Assembly (NCBI GenBank): GCA_046539845.1
Contig: JBKHGE010000007.1
Span: forward strand, 1-64,000
Origin: Desulfonatronovibrionaceae bacterium
Lineage (GTDB): Bacteria; Desulfobacterota; Desulfovibrionia; Desulfovibrionales; Desulfonatronovibrionaceae
Direction of reading: 5' to 3'
DNA: 64,000 nucleotides
Both the position numbers and the translations under genes were made by a program. Under the pieces are notes generated by a model. That model searched no databases. It saw only the letters and a program-made list of their open reading frames with translations, and had not been told where the DNA came from. Positions 28,773 to 39,020 of the stretch are shown piece after piece (position 1 is the stretch's first letter; every line of letters starts with the position of its first letter).

Positions 28773-29675
28773 TCAATCCGAATCCAGTCCCTTTATATAT
28801 TCTAAGGCCTCTTTTCCAGCAATGGCTCCCTCCCCAGCGGCCACGCTTATTTGTAGGAATCTGCCCACACAATCCCCGGCCGCGAATACCCCGGGGATAT
28901 TCGTTCTTTGCTGCTGGTCAGCCTCGATGAATATCCCGTTCCTGCTGATTCCCAGACTGTAAGCAAAATCCAGGGATGAGGCCTCGCCCATGGCCACGAA
29001 CAGCCCGTCCACCTCCTGGGATGTGCCGTCGTGGAAACGGACGCTCTCCAATCCCTGATCACCTTCCAGGTTCTTGATCTTTTTTTCCAGAATAGGGATA
29101 TCCGCCTTTTGCAGCTTGGATTTAAATTCCGGAGAGATATCCGGTTTTTTGAGCTGGGTGCAGATTTGGACATGCGGGGTGTATTCTTTGAGTTCCAAGG
29201 CCTGATTGGCCGCGAATACGCCTTCACCCACGACCATGACCTTTTTGTCCCGACAGAAGAAGCCGTCGCAGCTTACGCAATAGGACACCCCGCGGCCCTC
29301 GTATTCAGAGAGGTTCTTTATACCCGGTCTGATCCTGGACACACCGGTGGCCAGGATCACAGCCGCAGCCGTATATTCATTTGAATCCGTCTTGAGACCG
29401 AATCTGTTTTCTTTCGTGAAATGAATGCCCAATACTTTTTCACAGCGCAAAGTAGTCCCGAATTTTTCCGCCTGTTTTTTGCCCAGGTTTATGAGTACAT
29501 CTCCGGTTATTGGCTCCGGGAATCCGAAATAGTTGTCTATGCTGTAGTTGCCGGCCACTTTCGGGGTACAGCCGAGGATGATTGTGTTCATCCCGGCCCG
29601 GGATGTATATATGGCTGCGGAGAGACCAGCCGGACCCTGCCCGACAATCGCCACCTCGTAATGTTTCATATCCAC
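28773..29675 (-). CDS. Thioredoxin reductase-like FAD/NAD(P) oxidoreductase
   Basis: GQGPAGLSAA, GVSYCVSCDG, GVFAAGD. Confidence 0.88.
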   Translation of the reverse strand: MDMKHYEVAIVGQGPAGLSAAIYTSRAGMNTIILGCTPKVAGNYSIDNYFGFPEPITGDVLINLGKKQAEKFGTTLRCEKVLGIHFTKENRFGLKTDSNEYTAAAVILATGVSRIRPGIKNLSEYEGRGVSYCVSCDGFFCRDKKVMVVGEGVFAANQALELKEYTPHVQICTQLKKPDISPEFKSKLQKADIPILEKKIKNLEGDQGLESVRFHDGTSQEVDGLFVAMGEASSLDFAYSLGISRNGIFIEADQQQRTNIPGVFAAGDCVGRFLQISVAAGEGAIAGKEALEYIKGLDSD

Positions 29676-29974
29676 CTCGCCTTTTTTCGGGTTAAAAACT
29701 CCCGGTTTCTTGAAGCCTGCAATCCACTATAAGACAGGAGGGAAAAATGTAAATTATTGTGCTTTTTTACACAAAAAACTTGGCTTTGCGTCGGGCACTG
29801 TCTTCCAAGTAGTAAATAGGGACCTTCTTTGCAGCCTGCATGACAAGGAATTTTACTACATGCGGATAAGTGTCAGGGAATCCCTCTGAACAAAGTCGAG
29901 CCGCTGTATATTTCAGGGCGGGGGTCGCAGGCCGGGAGAGATGCCGGATATATCTGTCAGCCTGTGCATTCCCC

Positions 29975-31333
29975 TTAGCCGTTGTAGCGGATGATAAAGG
30001 CGGTAATATCGTCGGATTGGGGTTCGCCGGCAGCGAATTGGTGCACGGAGTCAAACACGGAGTGGACGATCTCTTCCACGTCTGTTTCCCGGTCCATTCC
30101 GCGGATGTCCTGCAATAGCCGTTCGTCGGAGTAAAGTTCCTGCTGCGGATCCATGGCCTCGGTCACCCCATCCGTATATAAAAAAAGGCTGTCTCCGGGT
30201 TCGAGGCGTACACAGGCGGTTGGATAATCCATTTCTTCCACGGCCCCGAGGACCACTCCCCGGGCCGGATTTATGAAATCGGCTCGGTCTTTTTGTATCA
30301 AAATAGGCGGGTTGTGACCGGCATTGGATATTTTTAGCTCTCCGGTGCGGTAATTCAAAACCCCGCAAAACGCGGTTACGAACATGCAGGCATCATTGTT
30401 TTTGGCCAGCTGCCTGTTGATAAAGGACAGGACCGGTCCCGGATCGGTGCGGTTTTCGCTTCCGGCCAGAAAAAGGGTCATGGTGATGGCCATGAACAGG
30501 GAGGCCGGAACGCCTTTTCCGGATACGTCGCCGATAATAAAGACCAGGTGATCATCGTCCACTTTGCTGAAATTGTATAGATCACCGCCTACTTCCTTGG
30601 CTGGTATTATCCCGGCGTACAGATCGAATTCATTTTTGTACGGGAAGGGCGGGAACAGATTGGGGATAATCCCCATCTGGATATCATGGGCTACCTTGAG
30701 CTCACCTTCGAGCAGTTTTCTTTCTGCTTCCGCTTTTTTCTCGCGCAAGACGTTTATGATCATGAAGAAGAAAATGCCTAGACCCAGGGCATTGGCGGCC
30801 ATCATAGGCACGGACACTTCCTTGACGATTTCCACGGCCAGGGAAAAGGGGCGGGTGAAAATAAGGGCCAAGCCCATGTGTCCAGCCTCCACAGCCGCGG
30901 CAAAAAGCATTATTCCCCACAGGGGCAGCATCCGGCCCTTTCTGTATTTAAATATCAACCCGCTGATGAGTCCGGCCAGGATGGTGCTTAGGGTACAGGC
31001 TATCTGGGTGGGGCCGCCCAAAAAAAATCGGTGCACTCCGCCGATGATCCCGGCCCCCACTCCGGCCGCAGGTCCGGCTACCAGCCCGGCTATGCACGGG
31101 CCCAGATCCCGGATATTGGCTATGGCCCCGAATATCTCGATCCCGCTGAGGGTGCCGTAGATGGAGAACAAACCGAAAATGAGAGTGGTTAACAGCTTGT
31201 TTTGGAAGGTGAATTCTTTTTTGATTATCTGGATGAAGAACTCGGTGCGGGTAAGTACATAGGCCAGGACAATGATCACGCTCATATTCCGGAGCAGGTC
31301 CAGGCCCAATGTCAATATTTCCATGTTATCCAA
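29975..31333 (-). CDS. LytS/YhcK-type 5TM sensor fused to SpoIIE/PP2C phosphatase
   Basis: IANIRD...GP...GG.HRFFLGG 5TM-LYT; VGGDLY, GDVSGKG, NAGH, YTDGVTE, DDIT. Confidence 0.9.
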   Translation of the reverse strand: MDNMEILTLGLDLLRNMSVIIVLAYVLTRTEFFIQIIKKEFTFQNKLLTTLIFGLFSIYGTLSGIEIFGAIANIRDLGPCIAGLVAGPAAGVGAGIIGGVHRFFLGGPTQIACTLSTILAGLISGLIFKYRKGRMLPLWGIMLFAAAVEAGHMGLALIFTRPFSLAVEIVKEVSVPMMAANALGLGIFFFMIINVLREKKAEAERKLLEGELKVAHDIQMGIIPNLFPPFPYKNEFDLYAGIIPAKEVGGDLYNFSKVDDDHLVFIIGDVSGKGVPASLFMAITMTLFLAGSENRTDPGPVLSFINRQLAKNNDACMFVTAFCGVLNYRTGELKISNAGHNPPILIQKDRADFINPARGVVLGAVEEMDYPTACVRLEPGDSLFLYTDGVTEAMDPQQELYSDERLLQDIRGMDRETDVEEIVHSVFDSVHQFAAGEPQSDDITAFIIRYNG

Positions 31334-31424
31334 GGCAATTACCCCTTTGTCCTGTGAGATTTAATGTTGCGTGCGCATTAAAACGGTTTGGATTATGAGA
31401 CAAATTTCAGCCCATGTTTCTGAT

Positions 31425-31979
31425 CTACAGGGGTTCGATCCAGTCCGCATCTATATCCATGGCCACGGCCTGCATTATACAGCTGACCCGAAGAATGAGA
31501 CGGTAATTGTTTTTTTTGCTCTCCACTATGCCCTGCAGGTTTTGCATCGGACCTTGGGTTATGCGTACCATCTGGCCTTCCCGGACATAGTCGTAGGGAT
31601 AGACCGGCATTTCTCCTTGCAGGGCCTCTTTTACCTGAACCAATTCGTGGACCAGTCTGGCTTGGTCCTTGATTTCGATTATATTGGCTATCTGGCCGGA
31701 AGTAAGCGCCTGATAGCGCTGGGCGTTATCAGCCATAAAAAAGATGTACCCGGTGAAAATCGGGACCAGGGAATAGCGTTTTCTGGCTTGGCCGGGCTGT
31801 CTTTTTTTTATCAGGGGCAGGAAATAGGGAGTGCTGTGGCCAGCCAGGAAGGCGGCCAGGGCTTTTTCACGCCTGCTCTTGACATGGGCTATGCGCCAGG
31901 GCCTTTCTTCGGACAAAGGCATTTTCAGGACATTTTCCGGGAAGGCCTGTTCCGGATTGCGGTCAAGAGGTATAGTCAT
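31425..31979 (-). CDS. NusG paralogue (RfaH/UpxY/LoaP-like antiterminator)
   Basis: W..AHVKSRREK, PIFTGYIF, KOW motif GQMVRITQGPM..LQG. Confidence 0.82.
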   Translation of the reverse strand: MTIPLDRNPEQAFPENVLKMPLSEERPWRIAHVKSRREKALAAFLAGHSTPYFLPLIKKRQPGQARKRYSLVPIFTGYIFFMADNAQRYQALTSGQIANIIEIKDQARLVHELVQVKEALQGEMPVYPYDYVREGQMVRITQGPMQNLQGIVESKKNNYRLILRVSCIMQAVAMDIDADWIEPL

Positions 31980-32240
31980 AGGCGCTCAAGCGGTTTCCTG
32001 GTTGATCTGATTTCGTCTTGTATATGGGAAAGGCTATCTATTTTAGATTCTATCGATAAACAGGCCATGAATCAAGCATGCTTCACCATCCTGTTTTTGA
32101 AAGCGTTTCAATTTTGATACTCGGCCGGGTCCGGGAAAGGGAAAGTCAGAAGTGCGGGGCAAAAAAAATCTTGGAAACAAACGCGTTATCCGCTATTTGG
32201 TAGCGGACGGCACTTGTTTGGCAGCGTTTGAAAGGCTACC

Positions 32241-33272
32241 TTGACGCGATCCGGGCCGTCTGCACACAATTATATGTCCTTGTACGGAGAAAAAGCGGAC
32301 ATCGGCATGGAAAAGGAAAGAGCGACGCACAAGACCAGGGTTTTGATTATTGAGCCGGATGCGGAACTCGCCGGGGAAATGGAGAGAGAGGTCCGTTCTT
32401 TGGGCTATTCTGTGTCCTTGGCCGGGAATCATTTCAAGGGCCTGACCGAGATGGAGGACCGCAATTTTGATTTTGTCCTGGTCAGCATGGAAAATACCGG
32501 GATAGACGGCCTGGAATTCTGTAAGATCTGCAAACAGCGCTCGAAAAACGGCCGTATCAGTTGCCCATATCTGGTTTTGATCGGTGAAAACCGGCATTTG
32601 GTCCCTATCTGTGAAAGCGATGCCCCGGCCAATGATTTTTTGATCCGGCCTTATTTATCCTGTGAGCTTAAGTGGCGTCTGGGATCCGGACGCTCCCTGC
32701 TGGAGATCCAGGGTCGTTTGCAGGAGATGCTGGATATTGATCCCTTGACCGGTTTGAAAAATGAGCAGGGCATTTATTCCGCCCTGCGTGAAGAGGTCAA
32801 CCGACAGGGCAGAAAGGATTCCCTGCTGGGTGTGGCTGTGATTGTGCCCGCGCAGTTCGAGCTGCTGGAACTTACCCAGGGCAGGTTTTGGGCTGGCTGG
32901 GCCAAGCAGGCTATTTTGCGCTACCTGGGTGAAGTGCTCCGCAATTATGACCATTTGGGGATTTTGCCCGGCGGGAATCTGTGTATTCTATCCGCGGAGA
33001 ACAGCTATGAGGGCATGCGGGTCCTGCTTTCCAGACTAGAGGACGAGGTCAGGCAAATGCAGGAAAAGGATCCGGAGTTTTCCGGAAATCCTGTGGATAT
33101 TAAATTCCGCGGGGTCTTTCTTAGCCTGCGCATTGAGACCAAGCCCGGGGGGATGAAAAAGGCGGTGGATCTTCTGTGGTCCTGGATAGAAAAACAGAAC
33201 AAGGAGCTGCCCCGGGGGTTGACCGGATACAGAGGCAAATACACGGAAGCGGGCTTGGAGATAGGCTGCTGA
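32241..33272 (+). CDS. Degenerate receiver + degenerate GGDEF protein
   Basis: REC-like N-terminus (DGLEFC, DFLIRPY); DPLTGL, LRNYDHLG but no GG[DE]EF; start uncertain. Confidence 0.7.
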   Translation: MTRSGPSAHNYMSLYGEKADIGMEKERATHKTRVLIIEPDAELAGEMEREVRSLGYSVSLAGNHFKGLTEMEDRNFDFVLVSMENTGIDGLEFCKICKQRSKNGRISCPYLVLIGENRHLVPICESDAPANDFLIRPYLSCELKWRLGSGRSLLEIQGRLQEMLDIDPLTGLKNEQGIYSALREEVNRQGRKDSLLGVAVIVPAQFELLELTQGRFWAGWAKQAILRYLGEVLRNYDHLGILPGGNLCILSAENSYEGMRVLLSRLEDEVRQMQEKDPEFSGNPVDIKFRGVFLSLRIETKPGGMKKAVDLLWSWIEKQNKELPRGLTGYRGKYTEAGLEIGC

Positions 33273-33296
33273 CCGCAGATAAATCAGGAGGAAGGC

Positions 33297-34913
33297 TTGA
33301 GAATAAAATTTCTCGGAGCGGCCCGGACTGTGACCGGGTCGTGCTTTGTCATGGAGTTCAATGGGAAGCGTTTTGCCGTGGACTGTGGTATGCACCAAGG
33401 CAATTCGGAGATAGACGCCCGCAACTGGGACCTTGAACATTACGATCCCGGGAATCTGGATTTCATAATCCTGACCCATGCCCATATCGATCATTCCGGG
33501 CTTTTGCCCAAGGCGGTTCAGGGCGGATTTTCCGGGAGTATTTACACCACCCCGCCCACCCGGGATCTTTTGGAGATAATGCTCTTTGATAGTGCCCATA
33601 TCCAGGAGATGGAGGCGCAGTGGAAAAGCAAGAAAAGGGTCAGGCACGGCAAAGAGCCGGTGGATCCCCTTTATTCCCGCCAAGACGTGGAAAAAACCCT
33701 GCCTCTGATCCAAACCCAGGAATACGGGCGTGAATTTTCTCCTGCAGACGGAATACGGGTGGTTCTAAAGGACGCCGGGCACATTCTGGGCTCTGCGTTT
33801 GTGGAGATTTGGGTGCTGGAAAACGGCCGGGAGTATAAGTTGGTCTTTTCCGGGGATCTGGGACGACCGCAGCAGCTTTTGGTCAAGGATCCGAGCAATG
33901 CGGAAAAGGCGGATTTTTTGTTTTTGGAGTCCACCTACGGCAACCGGGATCACAAAAACGAGGACGAGAGCCTGGATGAGTTGGCCGAGGCCATTGAATA
34001 CAGCTATTCCCGCGGGGAAAAGGTGGTCATCCCCGCTTTTGCAGTCGAGCGCACCCAGGAGCTTATTTATTCCTTGTATCTTTTGCGCCGGGGAAAGCGT
34101 TTGCCCGAGGACATGCCGGTGTTTTTGGATAGCCCCCTGGCCATCAGGGCTACCGAGATATTTCGTAGGAACCACAAGTATTTTGACCGCAGTACACGGG
34201 ATTTATTGCAAAACGGTGAAGACCCCCTGGATCTACCCAATCTGGAGTTTTCGGAGACAGCCCAGGACTCGATGCGTATAAACGAGATGCACGGGCCGGC
34301 GGTAATTATTTCCGCCAGCGGCATGGCCAATGCCGGGCGGATAAAGCATCATCTACGGCACAATATCTGGAAAAAGGGGGCCAGCATCGTATTTGTCGGT
34401 TTTCAGGCCCAGGGCACTCCCGGGAGAAAGATAGTGGATGGCGCTCGGGAAATCCGGATTCTGGGTGAGAGCCTTGCGGTCAACGCCCGGGTGTTCACCA
34501 TAAATGGATTTTCCGCCCATGCCGGGCAGTCCCATATCCTGAAATGGCTTTCCTGTTTCGATCTCCCCGGCCCCAAGGTCTTTTTGGTCCACGGCGAGCA
34601 CGAGGGGCAAAAGGTCCTGGCCGAAAGGATCCGTGCGGATTTTGGTTTTGAGGTTCATATCCCGGACTATCTGGAGGAATGCAAACTTTTGCCGGACAAG
34701 GACTACGTCCCTCGCGAATTCACACACGAAGCCCGTCCGGGCATAGATTGGGAGAGTCTGTTTCAGGCGGCTGAAAACAAGTTGGCTTTACTGGAAAACA
34801 GGAAGGAAAAGATAAGTTCCATGCCCTGGACCGACCAGACCGATTTGAGAGATGAATTTTTGGAGATAGATACCGCCCTGAAAAAGATGGTTTCCTCGGT
34901 GGGCGGCGAATAG
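33297..34913 (+). CDS. MBL-fold beta-CASP ribonuclease
   Basis: VTGSC, THAHIDHSG, AGHILGS, ESTYG, FSAHA. Confidence 0.92.
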   Translation: MRIKFLGAARTVTGSCFVMEFNGKRFAVDCGMHQGNSEIDARNWDLEHYDPGNLDFIILTHAHIDHSGLLPKAVQGGFSGSIYTTPPTRDLLEIMLFDSAHIQEMEAQWKSKKRVRHGKEPVDPLYSRQDVEKTLPLIQTQEYGREFSPADGIRVVLKDAGHILGSAFVEIWVLENGREYKLVFSGDLGRPQQLLVKDPSNAEKADFLFLESTYGNRDHKNEDESLDELAEAIEYSYSRGEKVVIPAFAVERTQELIYSLYLLRRGKRLPEDMPVFLDSPLAIRATEIFRRNHKYFDRSTRDLLQNGEDPLDLPNLEFSETAQDSMRINEMHGPAVIISASGMANAGRIKHHLRHNIWKKGASIVFVGFQAQGTPGRKIVDGAREIRILGESLAVNARVFTINGFSAHAGQSHILKWLSCFDLPGPKVFLVHGEHEGQKVLAERIRADFGFEVHIPDYLEECKLLPDKDYVPREFTHEARPGIDWESLFQAAENKLALLENRKEKISSMPWTDQTDLRDEFLEIDTALKKMVSSVGGE

Positions 34914-34916
34914 AAT

Positions 34917-35480
34917 ATGGTGAGTATAATCAGCGGCCGATTCAAGGGCCGGCGACTGCAGACCGCATCCGGACCTGGCTACCGGCCGGCCACCTCCAGG
35001 GTGCGCGAATCCCTTTTTTCCATTTTGCAGTCCCTGGATATAAACTGGCCAAAAACAAGCGTCTTAGACCTTTTTGCCGGGAGCGGGGCGCTGGGCCTGG
35101 AGGCCTTAAGCAGAGGCGCCGGGTATGTGCTTTGGGTGGAAAAAAATAAAAAGGTGGCCCGGGTTATAAGGGAAAATCTACGCCTTTTACATGTCCCTGG
35201 TGAATCCGGCCGAGTCCTGACTCAGGATGTCTTTTATTTTTTGGCCCGGACTCCTCCGCTTTGTTTTCAGCTGGTGTTTATCGACCCCCCATATCAAGGC
35301 GGATACCTGGATCCGGCTTTAAAGGGCCTTGTTCGGGGGGGATGGTTGGCTGACGGGGCCCTGGTTCAGGCCGAGACCGAGGCCGACCTGGAAACGCCCC
35401 GGTTCGAGGGACTGGATATGCTCAGAGAAAAAATATATGGACAGACTAGGGTTTGCATATGGAAAAAGAGATCCATATAG
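34917..35480 (+). CDS. rsmD: 16S rRNA m2G966 methyltransferase
   Basis: RPAT.RVRESLF, DLFAGSG, EALSRGA, DPPY. Confidence 0.92.
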   Translation: MVSIISGRFKGRRLQTASGPGYRPATSRVRESLFSILQSLDINWPKTSVLDLFAGSGALGLEALSRGAGYVLWVEKNKKVARVIRENLRLLHVPGESGRVLTQDVFYFLARTPPLCFQLVFIDPPYQGGYLDPALKGLVRGGWLADGALVQAETEADLETPRFEGLDMLREKIYGQTRVCIWKKRSI

Positions 35481-35965
35481 CCATTTATCCGGGTACGTTT
35501 GATCCCCTGACCAACGGGCATGTCAGTCTGGTCCGCAGGGCATTGGATTTTTTCGGGCGGGTGGTTGTTGCAGTGGCCTACCATTCTCCCAAAGACCCGG
35601 TCTTTTCCCTTGAGGAACGGGTGGAGATGGCCCGGGAGGTCTTTGCCGGGGAAAAGCAAGTGGAAGTGGAGCCGTTTTCCGGTCTGCTTATCGAATATGC
35701 CAGAAGCAAGAACGCATGCGCCATACTGCGCGGCCTTCGAGCGGTGTCTGATTTTGAGTATGAGTTCCAGATGGCGCTTATGAACCGCCGCCTGGAAAGG
35801 GAGATCCAGACAGTGTTTATGATGACCGACTACAAATGGCTGTATATAAGCTCGACCATAATCAAGGACGTGGCCAAGCTCGGCGGGGATATACACGGTC
35901 TGGTCCCGGGAAACGTGGAAAAGAAGCTTTTGGCTAAATATGACCAGGACAAGGGTCCGCAGTGA
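35459..35965 (+). CDS. coaD: Phosphopantetheine adenylyltransferase
   Basis: YPGTFDPLTNGH, RGLRAVSDFEYE. Confidence 0.97.
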   Translation: MEKEIHIAIYPGTFDPLTNGHVSLVRRALDFFGRVVVAVAYHSPKDPVFSLEERVEMAREVFAGEKQVEVEPFSGLLIEYARSKNACAILRGLRAVSDFEYEFQMALMNRRLEREIQTVFMMTDYKWLYISSTIIKDVAKLGGDIHGLVPGNVEKKLLAKYDQDKGPQ

Positions 35966-36039
35966 GCGGTTTATCCCATTGTCTGTGCAATCTGTGTAAC
36001 TCGGCTCCCTGAAAAAAACTGGAAAGGCTTTCTTTTTTT

Positions 36040-36960
36040 ATGTCCCTGCCGCGAATAGTCTGCATTCTGGGGGTGACTGGCACGGGTAAGAGCTCTTTGG
36101 CCCTGGACTTGGCCCGGAAGTTTGAGGTCGTTGTAATCAATTTTGATTCCCGCCAAGTATATCGCGAGTTGCCCATAATCACCGCTCAGCCGGATTTTCG
36201 GGACAAGAAAAGATGCCCGCATCGTCTGTACGGCTTTTTGCCCGCTGATGAACGCATGGACGCGGGCAGTTTTATATCACTGGCCCGGCAGGCGATTTGG
36301 GAAACCATTTCCTCCGCACGCCTGCCGGTCCTGGTAGGTGGGACCGGGCTTTACTTGCGTTCCCTTATCCACGGCCTGGCCCCTATTCCGGATATACCCG
36401 ACGAGGTACGTACCCAGGTTCGTTTGCAGTGTGACGGACTCGGATCCCGTTTCCTTTATTCCCGATTGACCCGCATTGATCCGGACTATGCCGCAAAGAT
36501 CCATCCCCATGATACCCAGCGCATCTGCCGCGCCTTGGAGGTATATTTGAGCACAGGCACTCCCTTGAGCGAATGGCACCGGGTTCAGCTTTCTGGACCG
36601 GAATTTGCGGCCCTGAAGCTCGGTTTGGCCCCGCAGGAGAGGAAGTCATTCCGCGAACGCCTGCGGCGCAGGATTCGGGACATGCTTCAGTCCGGAGCAG
36701 TAGAAGAAGTTAAAGGCGTACTTGAAAGATACGGGGAACAGGCCCCGGGGCTTAGTGGGATAGGCGCTCCGGAGCTTATAGGGTATATTCGGGGGGAAAC
36801 GAGCCTTAAGCGCGCGGAAGAGTTGTGGTTGCAAAATACTGCTGCATATGCCAAAAGGCAGTTAACTTGGTTTAAAAAGGAAAAGGAAGTATGCTGGCTG
36901 CCCCGGCCCGATGCCTCGGATGAAGCGGTGCAGGCGGTTGGCACCTTTTTGAGCCGCTAA
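36040..36960 (+). CDS. miaA: tRNA dimethylallyltransferase
   Basis: GVTGTGKS, DSRQVY, VGGTGLY, YAKRQLTWF. Confidence 0.96.
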   Translation: MSLPRIVCILGVTGTGKSSLALDLARKFEVVVINFDSRQVYRELPIITAQPDFRDKKRCPHRLYGFLPADERMDAGSFISLARQAIWETISSARLPVLVGGTGLYLRSLIHGLAPIPDIPDEVRTQVRLQCDGLGSRFLYSRLTRIDPDYAAKIHPHDTQRICRALEVYLSTGTPLSEWHRVQLSGPEFAALKLGLAPQERKSFRERLRRRIRDMLQSGAVEEVKGVLERYGEQAPGLSGIGAPELIGYIRGETSLKRAEELWLQNTAAYAKRQLTWFKKEKEVCWLPRPDASDEAVQAVGTFLSR

Positions 36961-36972
36961 CCGCAGTTGGGC

Positions 36973-37597
36973 ATGAAAAAAGTATTTTTTTCCGGGACGG
37001 TCCTGTTTTTCCTTGCCTGGGGCCCCCGTTTTTTGCCTGTCCTTTGATTCCTCGCCGCTTATGGACCGAGCTGGAAGCTACCTGGAACAGGGTAGATTTT
37101 TGGAAAGCGTCCAGATTTATCATCAGGTTTATGAATATTCTGCTGAAAATAGGATTAGAAAAAAGGCCCTGATGCGCATGGCCGATGTTTTGGCTATGTT
37201 TTTGGACCGCAAGGAAAAGGCGCTCGAGTATTACGGCCGGGACACAGGTCCGGAAGCGAGGATAAGGAACGTTTCCGGGTTTGAGCTTACTGGGACGGAA
37301 TATGCCGGGGATATACGCCTGAGGAGTTTTGCGGGCAGGGCTTTGTTTTTAAACGAACTCCCCCTGGAAGAGTATCTTCTGGGTGTGGTCCCCAAGGAGA
37401 TGTCTCCGTCCTGGAACCCAGAGGCGCTCAAAGCCCAGGCGGTTGCCGCCCGATCCTATGCCTATTACCTGGTCCTGCGCTCCAGGGACAAACCGTATGA
37501 TGTCGCCGCTACCACCGCCTCCCAGGTCTACGGCGGATCCGGGGCGGGAAACCTTGCCACGGGCCGGGCTGTGAAACAAACCCGGGGTGGTAAATGA
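36973..37597 (+). pseudogene. SpoIID/LytB-like protein with TPR N-terminus; frameshifted and C-terminally truncated
   Basis: ATG 36973 MKKVFFSGTVLFFLAW is out of frame by one base with APVFCLSF...; SpoIID motif LEEYLLGVVPKEM..SW..EALKAQAVAARSYA...SQVY, ending just after TRG. Confidence 0.7.
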
Positions 37598-37908
37598 ATA
37601 GACATAGAAGGATTTTTCTCAAGGCCTTGGCCATGGGTCTGGGAGCGGGTTGCCTGGCCCCGGCCGCTGCCCTGGCAAACAGGAACTCTTTTGATCTGGC
37701 CCTGGAAGGGCAGGACTTACTGTCCCGGGGTAAAACCGACCGGGAGGATGCCGAGGCAGCGCATAACTTGGCCAAGGTATACAACGACATGGCCCACGCC
37801 AGATATGAAAGCGGGGACATGGGCGGGGCAATAGAGCTGTGGCAAAAGACCCTGGAATATGAACCGGGGAACAAGGCGGCCAAGTATTACTTGCGCAAAA
37901 TTGAATAA
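37594..37908 (+). CDS. Tat-signal TPR protein (short, possibly internally deleted)
   Basis: RRIFLK twin-arginine signal, AAALA cleavage site, C-terminal TPR (AIELWQKTLEYEPGN). Confidence 0.6.
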   Translation: MNRHRRIFLKALAMGLGAGCLAPAAALANRNSFDLALEGQDLLSRGKTDREDAEAAHNLAKVYNDMAHARYESGDMGGAIELWQKTLEYEPGNKAAKYYLRKIE

Positions 37909-38074
37909 GGCAATAACAAATAGCAGGCTTATGGGACCGGGAGTAGCAGGGCGGGGTAAGTCTTGCGGCCGGGGTATTATATATCCTTCAGTAAACAGCT
38001 GGATGCATGCCGGGGTTAAGTCCGGCAAACTCTGTGCCTTTCAATTTGTTTACCAATATATCCGGAGGGTAACC

Positions 38075-39001
38075 ATGAAAAAGAATGTTTTTTGCTTTGC
38101 AGCGTGTCTGGGGCTGTTGCTTCTGACCTCGGCTGCGTTTGCCCAGCAGGGCCCGGACACGGGTTTTGAGTCCCAGGGCTATATCCAGAAGATGGACAAA
38201 GGTGAGATCAATTGGCAGAGCGGATTGGCCCGGGCAACGGGTATAGGCGCGCCCCCGGAGAATGCTACCAATATGGCCCAGGCCAGGGCCATGGCCCTGC
38301 GGGCGGCCACAGTGGTGGCCAGGCGTAACCTCCTGGAGGTGGTAAAGGGCGTACACATAGACTCCACCACCACGGTGGAAAATTATATGGTCCGAAATGA
38401 TCTCATTGTCAGTAAGGTACGCGGTTTTCTGCAGAATTCCCAGATCTTAAACACCAGATACATGTCTGACGGATCCGTGGAAGTGGAGGTGGGAATTGGC
38501 CTGCGCGGCGGCTTTGCCAATGTGCTTATCCCGGAAGAAACCCAATTCAGTGAACAGGCCCCGAAACCAAATACAACAGAACCGGAACCAATTCAGGTAA
38601 AACCGGATATGCAGGATCAGGGGCAAGAAGACAGTCAGCTCGGCATAGAGGCCAAGGACACCGCATATACCGGCTTGGTGGTGGATGCCAGCTCCCTGGA
38701 TGCCCGCCCGGCCATGAGCCCCAAGATCTTGGATGAAGACGGGGCTGAGGTGTACGGATCGGCTATGGTCAGCAGGGAATACGCTATTCAGCAGGGTATG
38801 GCCGGATATGCCAAGGACATGGATAAGGCTCGCTCCAATCCGCGGGTAGCCAATAACCCGTATCAGGTCGAGGCCGTGGGTACCGAGGGCAAGGCAAACA
38901 CCAATGTAGTCCTTTCCAATGAGCAGGCCAATCGGCTGCGCAGCATGGCCGACAATGTGAACTTTTTGGAAAAGTGCCGGGTAATGATAGTTTTGGATTA
39001 G
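38075..39001 (+). CDS. Exported LPP20-like protein
   Basis: Signal peptide ending AFA; INW..G...ATGIG, AMALRAA.VVARRNLLE; GGAGG RBS. Confidence 0.7.
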   Translation: MKKNVFCFAACLGLLLLTSAAFAQQGPDTGFESQGYIQKMDKGEINWQSGLARATGIGAPPENATNMAQARAMALRAATVVARRNLLEVVKGVHIDSTTTVENYMVRNDLIVSKVRGFLQNSQILNTRYMSDGSVEVEVGIGLRGGFANVLIPEETQFSEQAPKPNTTEPEPIQVKPDMQDQGQEDSQLGIEAKDTAYTGLVVDASSLDARPAMSPKILDEDGAEVYGSAMVSREYAIQQGMAGYAKDMDKARSNPRVANNPYQVEAVGTEGKANTNVVLSNEQANRLRSMADNVNFLEKCRVMIVLD

Positions 39002-39020
39002 ATTTTTCCTGGAGGGAAAA

